A DNA stretch of 63,328 bases, the filler included, from Reticulomyxa filosa (taxonomy: Eukaryota; Protista; Foraminifera), in assembly GCA_000512085.1 (NCBI GenBank). It is 23 parts of 23 records of this genome, joined end to end, with 100 filler letters (N's around TTAATTAATTAA, not from the genome) between each part and the next. Parts side by side here need not be neighbours in the genome. Positions count along the whole stretch, not along the records: positions 1 to 6,366 come from ASPP01000890.1; positions 6,467 to 9,256 come from ASPP01050192.1; positions 9,357 to 15,901 come from ASPP01011108.1; 20 more parts are not named here. One strand, written 5' to 3'. The notes under the pieces were generated by a model, which worked only from the letters and a program-made list of their open reading frames with translations, was not told the origin of the DNA and did not search any database. Below, piece after piece: positions 1 to 10,461 of the stretch. Every line of letters begins with the position of its first letter. Positions within the stretch are counted from its first letter, which is position 1. Made by a program: the position numbers and the translations under genes.

Positions 1-620
1 TATGCACAATGTTTGCCTTTTTCCATTCAATTGGCATGTAACCCCATCCAAATAGGAATATCAATGATTCAATCATTGCATTCTTAAGCATCTGATTGTG
101 GATGTTATCTGGTCCTTGTGCTTTATATGGAGACCTCAATAACTTCCTCCTTTATAACATCACTTTGATCAAATGACCAAATACAACTTTCCTCCAATTT
201 AGATATCGCTACTTTAAATATAATATCTTCTTCTACTATCTCATAATGCTTTTCATCTACATCTTTTGGAGGCTGAGGTGGCTCTGCAATATCTTTGCCA
301 ACATATACGCTTTCTCTGCATCTGATCTAGCCACTGAATTGGTCTCCTTGTGCTGATGCTTTTCTAATAACAATTTCCGTCGCAATTGTTTGGTAATTTT
401 TTTATACATCATCAAATTCCTTGATGCCTTGATTTTTGAACTCTCTTTCGTAATCGACAACACATTTGGTCCAAGATTCAACTGCTTTGTCCAAGGTCTG
501 TGAATACATTAGGATCAATAGATTGCATCCAATTGTCAATGTTCCTCTTCAATCTCAATCTAAATTGTTCCCATTTGTTGCATCTCAGATTCCAGCAATA
601 TCTTTTTCATGACCAATTCC
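1..620 (-). mobile_element. Degenerate non-LTR retrotransposon (LINE) ORF2 fragment: post-endonuclease linker and start of the RT domain
   Basis: Minus-strand translation across frameshifts gives WNLRCNKWEQFRLRLKRNIDNWMQSIDP...DKAVESWTKC...KETNSVARSDAEKAYMLAK...SPYKAQGPDNIHNQMLKN...LIFLFGWGYMPIEWKKANIV. This matches the LINE RT N-terminal motifs KAPGPD and G..P..WK.A.I. Confidence 0.85.
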
Positions 621-929
621 TTTCACAACTTGAATTTGCTATCTAACACATGACAAATGATGTATTTGCCTGACACTGCTGTAACAATATCATTCACAAT
701 GTCTTGAACTTTATAAAATTACTATTTCTATTAAGGCGTAACACTAATTTGTTAGCCTTTGCGATTGTGGACATATACGTCATTTTCAATAATTGTTCAT
801 ATGGTTTACCAATTTTTCGAAGATCTTGGAGTATTTTGATTTATGACAATGTTCGATATATCTGCAAATGTGAAGTTTTACACATGTTTCAACGAATTTT
901 CACCTAGAAAGTGTCAGATTGTCATGACC

Positions 930-1300
930 TGATATAAAAATTATGGCACAATATTGGTTCCCTTCTATATTTTAGGAAAATAACCAATCTTGAGACTCCA
1001 ATCGAATAATAGCACGAGAGAATCAATGTTTATATATCGGCACTTTAAATCTGATGTAATCTTCAATTATTTCATAATGTTTTTCATCAACATCTTTTGG
1101 AGACTGATAATGTTCTACAAATATCTTTGCCAATAAATATGCTTTATCAATATCTGATCTTGCAACTGAACTGGTCTCCTTGTTCACCAATGTTGGAATA
1201 ATACATATTTTTAATTGTTGTGTTAATTTTGAGTTAGTTTTAACAAATTTTGTATATTGTTTTTATTTTAGTACTGTATTCCTTTTGGGGCGATGTGGAA
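930..1300 (-). mobile_element. Second, more heavily deleted fragment of the same LINE family
   Basis: Translates as IPTLVNKETSSVARSDIDKAYLLAKIF...IDSLVLLFDWSLKIGYFPKI*KGTNIVP. Segment 1085-1182 aligns by eye with 255-351, and 1231-1298 aligns with 43073-43157. Confidence 0.8.
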
Positions 1301-3167
1301 TAACAAATGATACAATGATGTTTTGCTAAAAAAAAAGAAAATATATTCTTTCATCACTAATGTTAACATCTTTCTTTTAAATATATTTATAACTTTGTTA
1401 AGTAGCAATTTAAAACTGATATTGATGTCATTAGTCGCACTAATCAATTAATTATTGTAATTATTTCCAATTGCGTGTTATTTCAACTACTGTCATTTCA
1501 TCAAAATGTGATCGTCGATACGACATTTTAATATCTTATGTATTCAATATACTTTCCTTTCAAATGTTTGTATAGTTCGAGTTTCTGAAGAAATTACTAT
1601 CGTGTCAATCTTCACATAGATTGACTACTCGTTTTTGTATGTTCAAAACTTTAATATATAAGAAATCGCCTTTCGGAGTTTAGAAGTTAAAATGTAATTA
1701 GTAATTAGTAATCTTCATTATGTTGATCAAATACTAAATCGCCAGAAAAAGAAATCTCATTGTCGATTTCGGTCGAAATGACAAAATAATTATATTGTAG
1801 TTGCAATTATTGCCTTGCTCAAGTTGAGATTGAACAAAGTGACAATATTATTGCTATTTCTATTATGAATATTAGTTCTTTACACTTTCCAATGTAAATA
1901 CCACATTTATTTTGCAACAATACTTCTCTAATTCGCTCCAAAATCTGTTAAATGCCATCCCGTTTGATCTTGGCAATCACATATTCTGACACATAAGTGA
2001 CATAAAAAAGTATTTTGTATTTCGATCAAGCATTGTACATATTTTTGTCCAGAAATTACCGATTCATCATAACTATTGTTACAGCTTTTAATGGACTAAT
2101 AAGACATCTTTGTAAGCCATATTGCATTCTTCTTCAAGTCCACCTTATGTCATCATCACAATGTTGCAAAGGTCATGTTTAAACAGTCAATTAATTTAAT
2201 GCTTTAACGTGCTAAAATCGATTTACACCAGCTGATTATTCATATCATTTTTAATGTCATCATATCGAATCAACGATTCGTTATTAAACTTGACTAATCA
2301 CTTGCCAAGCCTCATGTCGAATGTCTTTCAAATAAAGTTGCATCATCAGTTTATACTGTAACAACTACGTAGTCACTATAATTTCTGCACCCATATTGCA
2401 GATTGTGCAACTATCATTTCATGATATTAACTGCATGCTTTCGTCAAAGTACTCCATATCGCACTAGTGACTTCCTCACAGTCAGCAAATCTGTCACTTG
2501 CAAGGTCATGTCATTTGCCGAACAATGCTAATCCAGCTTGACTGTCGATTACACATTTACCTTGTGCAAATTAAACTTTCGCGTTAATTGCATAAATTTA
2601 AAGTCATTATTCGTTTGGCGTGTGACTGTCTGTATCTATCATCAGGCCTCCTGGAAACGCTTAGTTCCAAATGATTTAGTAGATGACCTCATTTCATGGC
2701 TTCCAGAAACACACTGTATTTGATTTTTGCTATCTCCAAAAAGTCTTACACTATTTATTGTTTTTCATATTGCTTCCATGATCTCTTTCGCTCCTTTGTG
2801 CGCTTGGATCATGTTGTCGCAGTTAATCGTCGTTGGCTGCTGTTGTCAGCATGCCTCTTGACATAAATTATAATACTGCAATTTGTGTTTTCAAGTCCTG
2901 TATTGCTACTCTGTCTGGTCGCAACTTCAAATGACTCTTGACTCTTATTATGTCTACTGCCAATGATAGATCGTCCATATGACTGTACAGAATTATCTCT
3001 GCAAATGACAATTGTTGACTTGAAGTTATTCTCAAATTTACAGTTAACTAAGAAAGCTTTATATATGGCACGCCGACTTGTCGTGATCCACTCTCATGGC
3101 GAATGTATCTTTGCTTCAGAAGACCAGTTCGAAGCCCTAGTCTTAATACGCTTGGGTCAAAACAGAA

Positions 3168-3207
3168 CTAGTTGGTTTTTTTTACGCCTCGCCTAAACGG
3201 GAGCGCC
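3168..3207 (-). mobile_element. Candidate Helitron 3' terminus
   Basis: Minus strand reads GCGCTCCCGTTTAGGCGAGGCGT (GC-rich imperfect hairpin), then about 12 nt, then CTAG followed by T. This is the canonical Helitron 3'-end layout. No 5' end or RepHel gene was seen. Confidence 0.35.
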
Positions 3208-3575
3208 AAACGTAGAAAGTAGTCTATGCTAGGAACCCAAAGAAGCTAAAATAGAAAATAATTGTAATGTTGACAGAAAAACGCTGATGCAACTTTAAAG
3301 TCAATTATGACTTTACTGATAGTTTATATCACAAGCAGCTTACTTCATTTGGAAATTGTATTTGATTAAACTATAAGCTACGTGAATACTTTATGTGATG
3401 ATACTTCATGCTTTGGAATGTTCTTGCAATACATTTATTTCTAGGAGAAACAATCTTTTTTTTGTTTTTTGTTACGTTGAAGCCGAAATTAGTACTACTT
3501 TTACAGTTGACAAATGCAACTTCTACGTTAAAAGCTGAGCTCTTTAAATTTTTGATCTATTGAAGACGCCTTAAC

Positions 3576-5834
3576 ATGACATCACCAATCTCTTCGACAA
3601 GTGTTTCTATTCGAAGGAGCGTTCGCTTGGCAAATAGACGTGACAATGATAGAGTATCTGACTTCCAAAATCAAAACTCTACTGACGACGAACAAAGTGT
3701 TGGGATTGCATTCTCTGGTGACACTAGCACTCTACAACAAAATGTCCAAAAATGTGAGGTAGGCACTTCAAGGCAAGTGAATGAAATCACTGGTGTTACA
3801 AATGCCAACAGTAACACGAGTGATGGCCCAACACAGTATTTGAGCAACAATAATGGACGCGCACGCCGTCGAAATCACGCAGAAATGGAATCAACAGATA
3901 ACGCAGTGTGCAATAGCCAAAATCTGAGTACGACATCAGCAAACAAAAAATCGAAGGGAAGAGCCGAGACAAAAGACAACCAATTGACGAAGTGGCAAAA
4001 ACAAGAAGAATCTCGGTCGATGGCTTCGTCGAATAAAATAACAATGAGATTTATCGTGGTGAACACGATGGGCTGGGACGAGACAAAGCTCGACTTTGCG
4101 TCATCAAACGATTATATTTTATGTGTGAACAAAGCCAATCGATTTATCGACTTGCTTGGGAGTTTATATGATTGTGGATTTGTATCTCCGAACTGCCGAC
4201 TTTGCGGCAAACAAGTTTCCAAAACCACTCCAACGGACGAAGGTTTTTTCGGTGATGATACTCTTTACTTTGAGTGCGACGATCACCACGGACAGAACTT
4301 GTTGATGACATTGCATAACACTGTGCGCATTTGGCTGCCATTGTACGTGTTGCTTCCCGTCTACGCGACCAGTGGACACAGCGCAAGAACGCCTGGCATC
4401 GGGTTGGATAGCGTGTATCGAGAGTCCAAATGCTATCGACACAAATGGACGCAATTACCAATGGATCGATTGTATATGCCATTTTCCGATTTGGAAGCAT
4501 GCCAAAACGAGGATGGAGATGTCGACGATTGCGAAAGCAAAAGCGACAAGCAACATCAGAGCCGTTCACAAAAACACAGTTCCAAAAAGCCATTCACGGT
4601 ATTACTTGAAATGTATGATGTAAAGCACGGCATTTGGCCAATTGGCAACAAATATCATCCCAACTTTGAGACGGTCAATGATCTTGACCAGCTCAAGATT
4701 GGAGACATTGTTTACGCCTGCGATTACAAAACGCAATGGTTCACAAGCTATATTCGAATGATAGATCGGCTCAAGCAACAAATTTGTGTGCATTGGTTAT
4801 TTTGGGATAAAAAATGGGACGAATGGCTCCCCTTACAACGTGTACAAAGTGTAAATAATCACACCCTGTACTACAACTTACCATTTACAAATATGTATGC
4901 GATGGATGTCTCCCAAGTCAACAATTATCAACATATACATGTACGAACTGTGTTTGGCTCCAAAGATATCACCAGTTTGTTGAAAGATGCATCCGAGTTC
5001 TTTCGATATCATTCTCACGTGTCTGACAATGATGATGATGACAATAACAAATTGGACGAAGGGGATCAAATGCCAATGGAGGATTGGGACATAAGTCGTT
5101 ATCTTCCTATGCTACAGTATTATAATGAACTTAAGAAACACGTAAATGAGGAAATCAATGCAAATGAGTCAAAACGATGGAATGAAGAAGCAATTGGCTT
5201 GGATATTACAATGTCGCAACATAAATTAAATAAATTAGAACTTCGATTAGATGAGGTCAAAACAAAATTGTTTCAATTAAATCGAATGAAACATGGAATT
5301 CACAATTTGCCAAACAATTTCAAACAATGGTTTCAAGAATTGGAAACTGGATTTTTGGAATGGAATACGCAAGAAACCAAGTGTTGGATTCGTCATACTT
5401 TTACCAAAGAAAATTGGGATATCAATCATAATGACAATGATAATAATGGTAATAGTGATTGCCATCAACAAGAAATTGTGAAAGCTCTGCTAGAATATGT
5501 AGATCGCCATCAAATCTGTGGCAAAGACTTGCCAGAAATAAATGATCTCATATTGCAACAATCTGCTTCAATTGTCAGAAAATCTGATCGTAATATTATC
5601 TTGTTTCATTTGAACAAATTGAAAATCATTCAAAAAAACTCAGTACAATCTGCAGGTGAATGTCCAACTTGCTGTGGGCCTGGCACAACCAAGGGATTAG
5701 TGCCTTGTGGTCATGTTGGCTTTTGTGATCGATGTGCTCAACTTCTTTTGCAAAACAAACTCTGTCCTATTTGTCGTCGTACAATTACCGATGTTATAAC
5801 CATTTATCGAGTTGGTGTTGTTAATTCAAATTAG
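3576..5834 (+). CDS. Intronless 752-aa protein: Tudor-knot/chromo-barrel, coiled coil, SAM and C-terminal RING (putative E3 ligase)
   Basis: Tudor-like LKIGDIVYACDYKTQWFTSYI...CVHWLFWDKKWDEWLP (about 4692-4835). SAM-like WNTQETKCWI...HQICGKDL...IVRKSDRNIILFHLNKL (about 5361-5620). IAP/MDM2-type RING CPTC...LVPCGHVGFCDRCAQ...CPICRRTI (about 5661-5785). Confidence 0.85.
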   Translation: MTSPISSTSVSIRRSVRLANRRDNDRVSDFQNQNSTDDEQSVGIAFSGDTSTLQQNVQKCEVGTSRQVNEITGVTNANSNTSDGPTQYLSNNNGRARRRNHAEMESTDNAVCNSQNLSTTSANKKSKGRAETKDNQLTKWQKQEESRSMASSNKITMRFIVVNTMGWDETKLDFASSNDYILCVNKANRFIDLLGSLYDCGFVSPNCRLCGKQVSKTTPTDEGFFGDDTLYFECDDHHGQNLLMTLHNTVRIWLPLYVLLPVYATSGHSARTPGIGLDSVYRESKCYRHKWTQLPMDRLYMPFSDLEACQNEDGDVDDCESKSDKQHQSRSQKHSSKKPFTVLLEMYDVKHGIWPIGNKYHPNFETVNDLDQLKIGDIVYACDYKTQWFTSYIRMIDRLKQQICVHWLFWDKKWDEWLPLQRVQSVNNHTLYYNLPFTNMYAMDVSQVNNYQHIHVRTVFGSKDITSLLKDASEFFRYHSHVSDNDDDDNNKLDEGDQMPMEDWDISRYLPMLQYYNELKKHVNEEINANESKRWNEEAIGLDITMSQHKLNKLELRLDEVKTKLFQLNRMKHGIHNLPNNFKQWFQELETGFLEWNTQETKCWIRHTFTKENWDINHNDNDNNGNSDCHQQEIVKALLEYVDRHQICGKDLPEINDLILQQSASIVRKSDRNIILFHLNKLKIIQKNSVQSAGECPTCCGPGTTKGLVPCGHVGFCDRCAQLLLQNKLCPICRRTITDVITIYRVGVVNSN

Positions 5835-6366
5835 TTTTTAATGTACTTGACAATCGTCTTATGAATATGTGCTTTTTGTCTGAGCAGTCTTGATTTTAGT
5901 ACAAACAATCTTTAAGGTTTTTTTCTAAAAAAAGCAAATTTCAGATTAGAATAATCTTAATTAATTGCAATTTCGGTTGCAATACAAACAATTTTTTATC
6001 ATAATTTGATGTAATCCATTTGTATTCGTCTGAAATTGGAAACATATTTGTAATTTCAATAGTGCGGTTTAACATTACAAACACTTGTTATTTTCTTATT
6101 TTTATCAGTTCACAAAAGTTTTGTTACAATCCAGACCGTCCTAAATCATTTTCACACCAAAAAACTGCTTGACAGCTGAACTTCCAAATTCAGAAAAGAT
6201 TAATAATTTACTTCTATTTCATGTGATCCGTTGAAGACTCAGCTTACTTTACAATAAAGCAAATTTTTTACAAAACAAAATGCGATTGTTTTCTCTTACT
6301 TTCAAAAAAAATCGATTATGATAACTTTAATTCAATTACCAAGATTCGATCAACCTTACGCTATAA

Positions 6367-6466
6367 NNNNNNNNNNNNNNNNNNNNNNNNNNNNNNNNNN
6401 NNNNNNNNNNTTAATTAATTAANNNNNNNNNNNNNNNNNNNNNNNNNNNNNNNNNNNNNNNNNNNN
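6367..6466. other. Artificial contig spacer, first of 22
   Basis: N44-TTAATTAATTAA-N44, with stops in all six frames. It recurs at about 9257, 15902, 17198, 20313, 22361, 24614, 26154, 27331, 31163, 32846, 34780, 36612, 38143, 40407, 41619, 48846, 50307, 53541, 55366, 57247 and 59642. Confidence 0.98.
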
Positions 6467-6679
6467 TAAATAATGTGATGTTGTGTGTATGATATAATAG
6501 GAATTCCCCCGCCAAAGAAAAAAATATATTTTTTTGTGCACCCTCCCCCCATCTGTTTAAAAAAAAGTTTTGAGTGTTGTACAGTAAATGAAATGTGAAC
6601 TGGAGCTTGAACTCCACTAACAATAGGTATATATATTTTTTCTATTCTTTAAAAATATATAAAATAACGTTGTTTGGCT

Positions 6680-9256
6680 ATAGATGTCCCAGCTGCGAAA
6701 AAGATCCAAAGGTATTTGATTATTTTTGAAAAAGAAATTTTATAAAGTGTGGATTGGAAAGAAAAGTAAAATAATTGATAAAAAAAAAGGGATTAGATGG
6801 AAAATAATGTATAAAAAAAAGGAAAATATAGATTAAAAAAATGAGAAAAATATTTTAATATAATGAAAAAAATGATTGAAAAATAAAAAAATTGTGATAA
6901 ATGAAAAAAAAAGAAAAAAAACAAAAGAGAAAAAAAATAAAAATAAAAATGAAAACGTAGTAAAAAAAGAAGAAAGAAAATAAAAATAAAAATTGAATAT
7001 ATAATTTTTTATTTTGTTTGGGTTGGAGCTATGCTCCAAAAATTGTTTATTTCATGTTGATACCAAATGTATAGTTAAGTGAAATAAACAAATATATATC
7101 TTTTACATATTGACTTATTTAAAATAAAAAAATAGATATTGAAGACGATGGCACGAATGAACATAAAGACAAGTTCCAATAACAAAAGAAAATCATACCC
7201 AATTTATACTTCTTCTAAATTCACATAATCTTCTAGTGTGTTCTACCAATTTTTTTTTGCAATCCTAAAATAAGCTTTTTTTTGAAATATAGACGGCAAG
7301 TGGCAAAGAAAGTATACGTGTGTGGAGCGTCAACAAGAAGAAAGTGAAAAAGCCGATGCATTCAAAGAGATCGGTCGGCATTTAATGGACATTGATGAAA
7401 CTATCGTAATATTGTGATGAATGTTGTAACTGTTCCGGAGACAACAAGTATTGATGATAAATTGGTTTTGAATTCAAAAAAATTTTAAAAAACAAATTAA
7501 AGATAAAAATAGAAAGTTGTTATCAAGATATTTGTTTGCGATACATAGACTAAGAGAACTTGGAGCCGAAACCTTGCAAATGTTTGAATAGCGTGGTGTA
7601 TTGCAAATCTGGAGCAAAAGTCTTACACGTGCGCCGAAAGTGTTTCACATTGAAGAAAAAAAAGCGGCTGATCTGTCGTGCAATCCCGTTAAAAGAGTAT
7701 GAAGTAATACAAACGTTTGCTATGTATTACCATGAGAAGCAGCAAAGTGTTTTGAATTTGCAAGTGATTACTTTTCTTGTAACAATCCCTCGCACACAAC
7801 CGTACCCATTGGATTACCCGACAAAGGTCCCAGCTTTGGTACCAACACAAGATCAAACGGTACCTCTATCGATATTCCCGACAAGACATTCCACAATGTC
7901 TCCGCAAGTCTTTGCACTACAGTTGTGTGAGGACGATGCATGTTGTGATGTATCAATGTGCTATAGCAAGTATAGTTGTTACGAAGCCGTCTTGTATATG
8001 TTGGATTAATTGTAGACATACAGTGAAAAGCAAGAGCGTTCCTGTTTTACACAATGGCGCACAACGACAAAGATTCTCGATTGCAAGGTGAAGATGAAGA
8101 CATTCCAAATTGAAGTTGGATAGCCCATTTATATGTGTACAATATATGATATTGCAGTATCGATTGTGGCATCGTCGTCAATATTTATATCGGTTGCTAT
8201 AATAATAGTATGTGATCGATTTGTTGAAATTTGATCGGTATATCCATTGGATTGAGGATTGCAATTATTCCATTGCGATACGAAACAGTCAAGCAAATGT
8301 CGATAGTGGGTGAGCTTGAGCATTATAATGACCAAGCTTTGAATTTGCTGCAAATCTTTCGTGTGTTTGCCGAAGAACTCGACCACAAGAATTTTTGTTT
8401 CAATTTTGGGATCACGTTTTGATTCATCTTCTTGTGAAACGCCAGTATCCATGCGATCCGGAATACAAAGCAAGGGATTGACTGCGTTTAATGTGGCCTA
8501 TAGTATCACCATTTTCGCCATATACGTTCAATCCAACTACTGGCCCATTGTCACCTCACTTTTATCATGTTTGGAAAGCAAACCAATTTCATTTCAAGCA
8601 AACAATTCTCCAAGCAAGTATACAATCAAATCCACATGTTTAATATTGCAAAATCTTTACGATGTATCGCAAAGATGGCTGGAACGACGGCAGTGGTAGT
8701 AAATGGCTCTCTTTTTTTTTTCATTTAACACCAATGCGATTCATACAATCATTCATCTGAATCAATGGCTGACTCATAAAATTGCATATCAACTAGTTTG
8801 TGTACCGGCGCAATAAAAGTGATCACGATTATCTTCAACACGTACTGGAAAAGAAATTGGGTGAATTATTGTTCGACTCTCTCCTGTGATCATACATTTG
8901 AGTAACAAAGACAGCAATCCAAAGATTTTATCCAAAATGAAAATATTGGAGCCAGATGAAAGCGTCAAAGATTGAATGTCTTTTCCTCGAAAACAATGGT
9001 ATTGACTTGGGCTCCGACAATAGCACTGTTATATGCTTTTGCTCATTTTCAAAGTCGTGTTGCTGCAGAGAGCAAGTCATTAACTGAATGTTGTGTCATT
9101 ATCCAACTCCGCTTTTTGGTATATATCGCAATTACATAAAATATATGCAATACATACAATTAAAGAAAGATAAATTTACTGTGATTGTACCTGGTGAAGA
9201 TATTCAAATGGAACAGAAAATTTCCCTTGTGACGTGCAATCCTGCATTACTCAAAT
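6680..9256 (+). pseudogene. Degenerate cell-surface multi-pass membrane protein gene (P/T-rich repeats, Cys-rich module, hydrophobic segments)
   Basis: Contains PTxxP-type repeats (7790-7900), CEDDACCDVSMCYSKYSCY and several hydrophobic stretches, broken by many stops and frameshifts. Intron and exon segments resemble 61140-63328. Confidence 0.5.
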
Positions 9257-9416
9257 NNNNNNNNNNNNNNNNNNNNNNNNNNNNNNNNNNNNNNNNNNNN
9301 TTAATTAATTAANNNNNNNNNNNNNNNNNNNNNNNNNNNNNNNNNNNNNNNNNNNNTTTTTTTTTTTTTTTTGTTTCCTAAAAAAAAAAAAAAAAAAAAA
9401 TTTATGACAATGATAA

Positions 9417-9855
9417 GAATAATACGCTTTGATACCGTAGATAGGGACGATGTTCAGAAGGGCGGCCATATCCTCGCCCACGGCGTTTGTTGGAGGCCCA
9501 ATCTCGTGGTCGAGAAGACGTGCCACGTGTACCTCCATGGTCGTATGTGCGAGGGTTATTATATTGACGAGATGGGTTCGTCACACGAGACATTCGTACA
9601 TCGCTATTCGCATTTTTGTAAGGCGATGGGTCGTGGTGTTCACCACCGAAATGCGGTGATGTCATTGTTATTTTTATTTTTATTTTTATTTGTTTGTTTA
9701 TTTATTTATGTATTTTTCGTGAATTTTAGTTGTTTTTTTTCCCCCAAATTTTTAAATTAGTTGTTGATGGTCGGATTGATTTGGTTGCAAGTTTGTTTTG
9801 TGATTGGTCGAATTGTCGAATGCCACAGGCAAAATTGGGTCAAAATGTCAATTAA
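9417..9855. CDS. GC-richer exon-like fragment of an unidentified gene, strand unresolved
   Basis: Open frames on both strands (9371-9760 on +, 9402-9665 on -), flanked by intron-like homopolymer tracts. No domain recognised. Confidence 0.3.
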
Positions 9856-10461
9856 ACACCGATTGAGCCAAGAACACGGCAGGTTTACAAATTAACAAAA
9901 AGAACAGCAACACAAATTAACGGAATTTTTTTTGTTTTTGTCACGTGTAAACTACACAGCACAAAAACGGAAAAAAGATATACTTGTTTTCAAGGAAATT
10001 TTAACCGCTTTTCCCGAAGTTGCCCTCTAAGCTGGTAATTCAAAATGAACGAAAAAAAAATGTCAGATGAGGCAAAGGAAGCGTTGCTTTTTTAAAACCA
10101 AACAACAACCAAAAGAATTATTAATTAAAAATACAAAAAGATGTACTAATATTTTAAGTCGTCGCACAAGAAAATTAGAAGCTTCAGATTTTCGAAACAT
10201 AGAACAATAAGTAAATTTGGTTTATTTTTGTCCATTGACAAGTATACAAAAATGCCGAGTATTACTTTCTATCAAAGGTTTAGATGTTTATTTTTGCATT
10301 AATTTTTAAAAAGTATCGATGAATTTTGTGATTACGAAATTTTAGGAATTAGAAGAGGAGAAATATAACATGCCCTTTCGACATCAGCATGAAAAATCGA
10401 AGCAAAAAGGTGCTTGGAATGACAAAGAAAAAGACCAGCTCTATACAGAAAAGGCAAAAAC

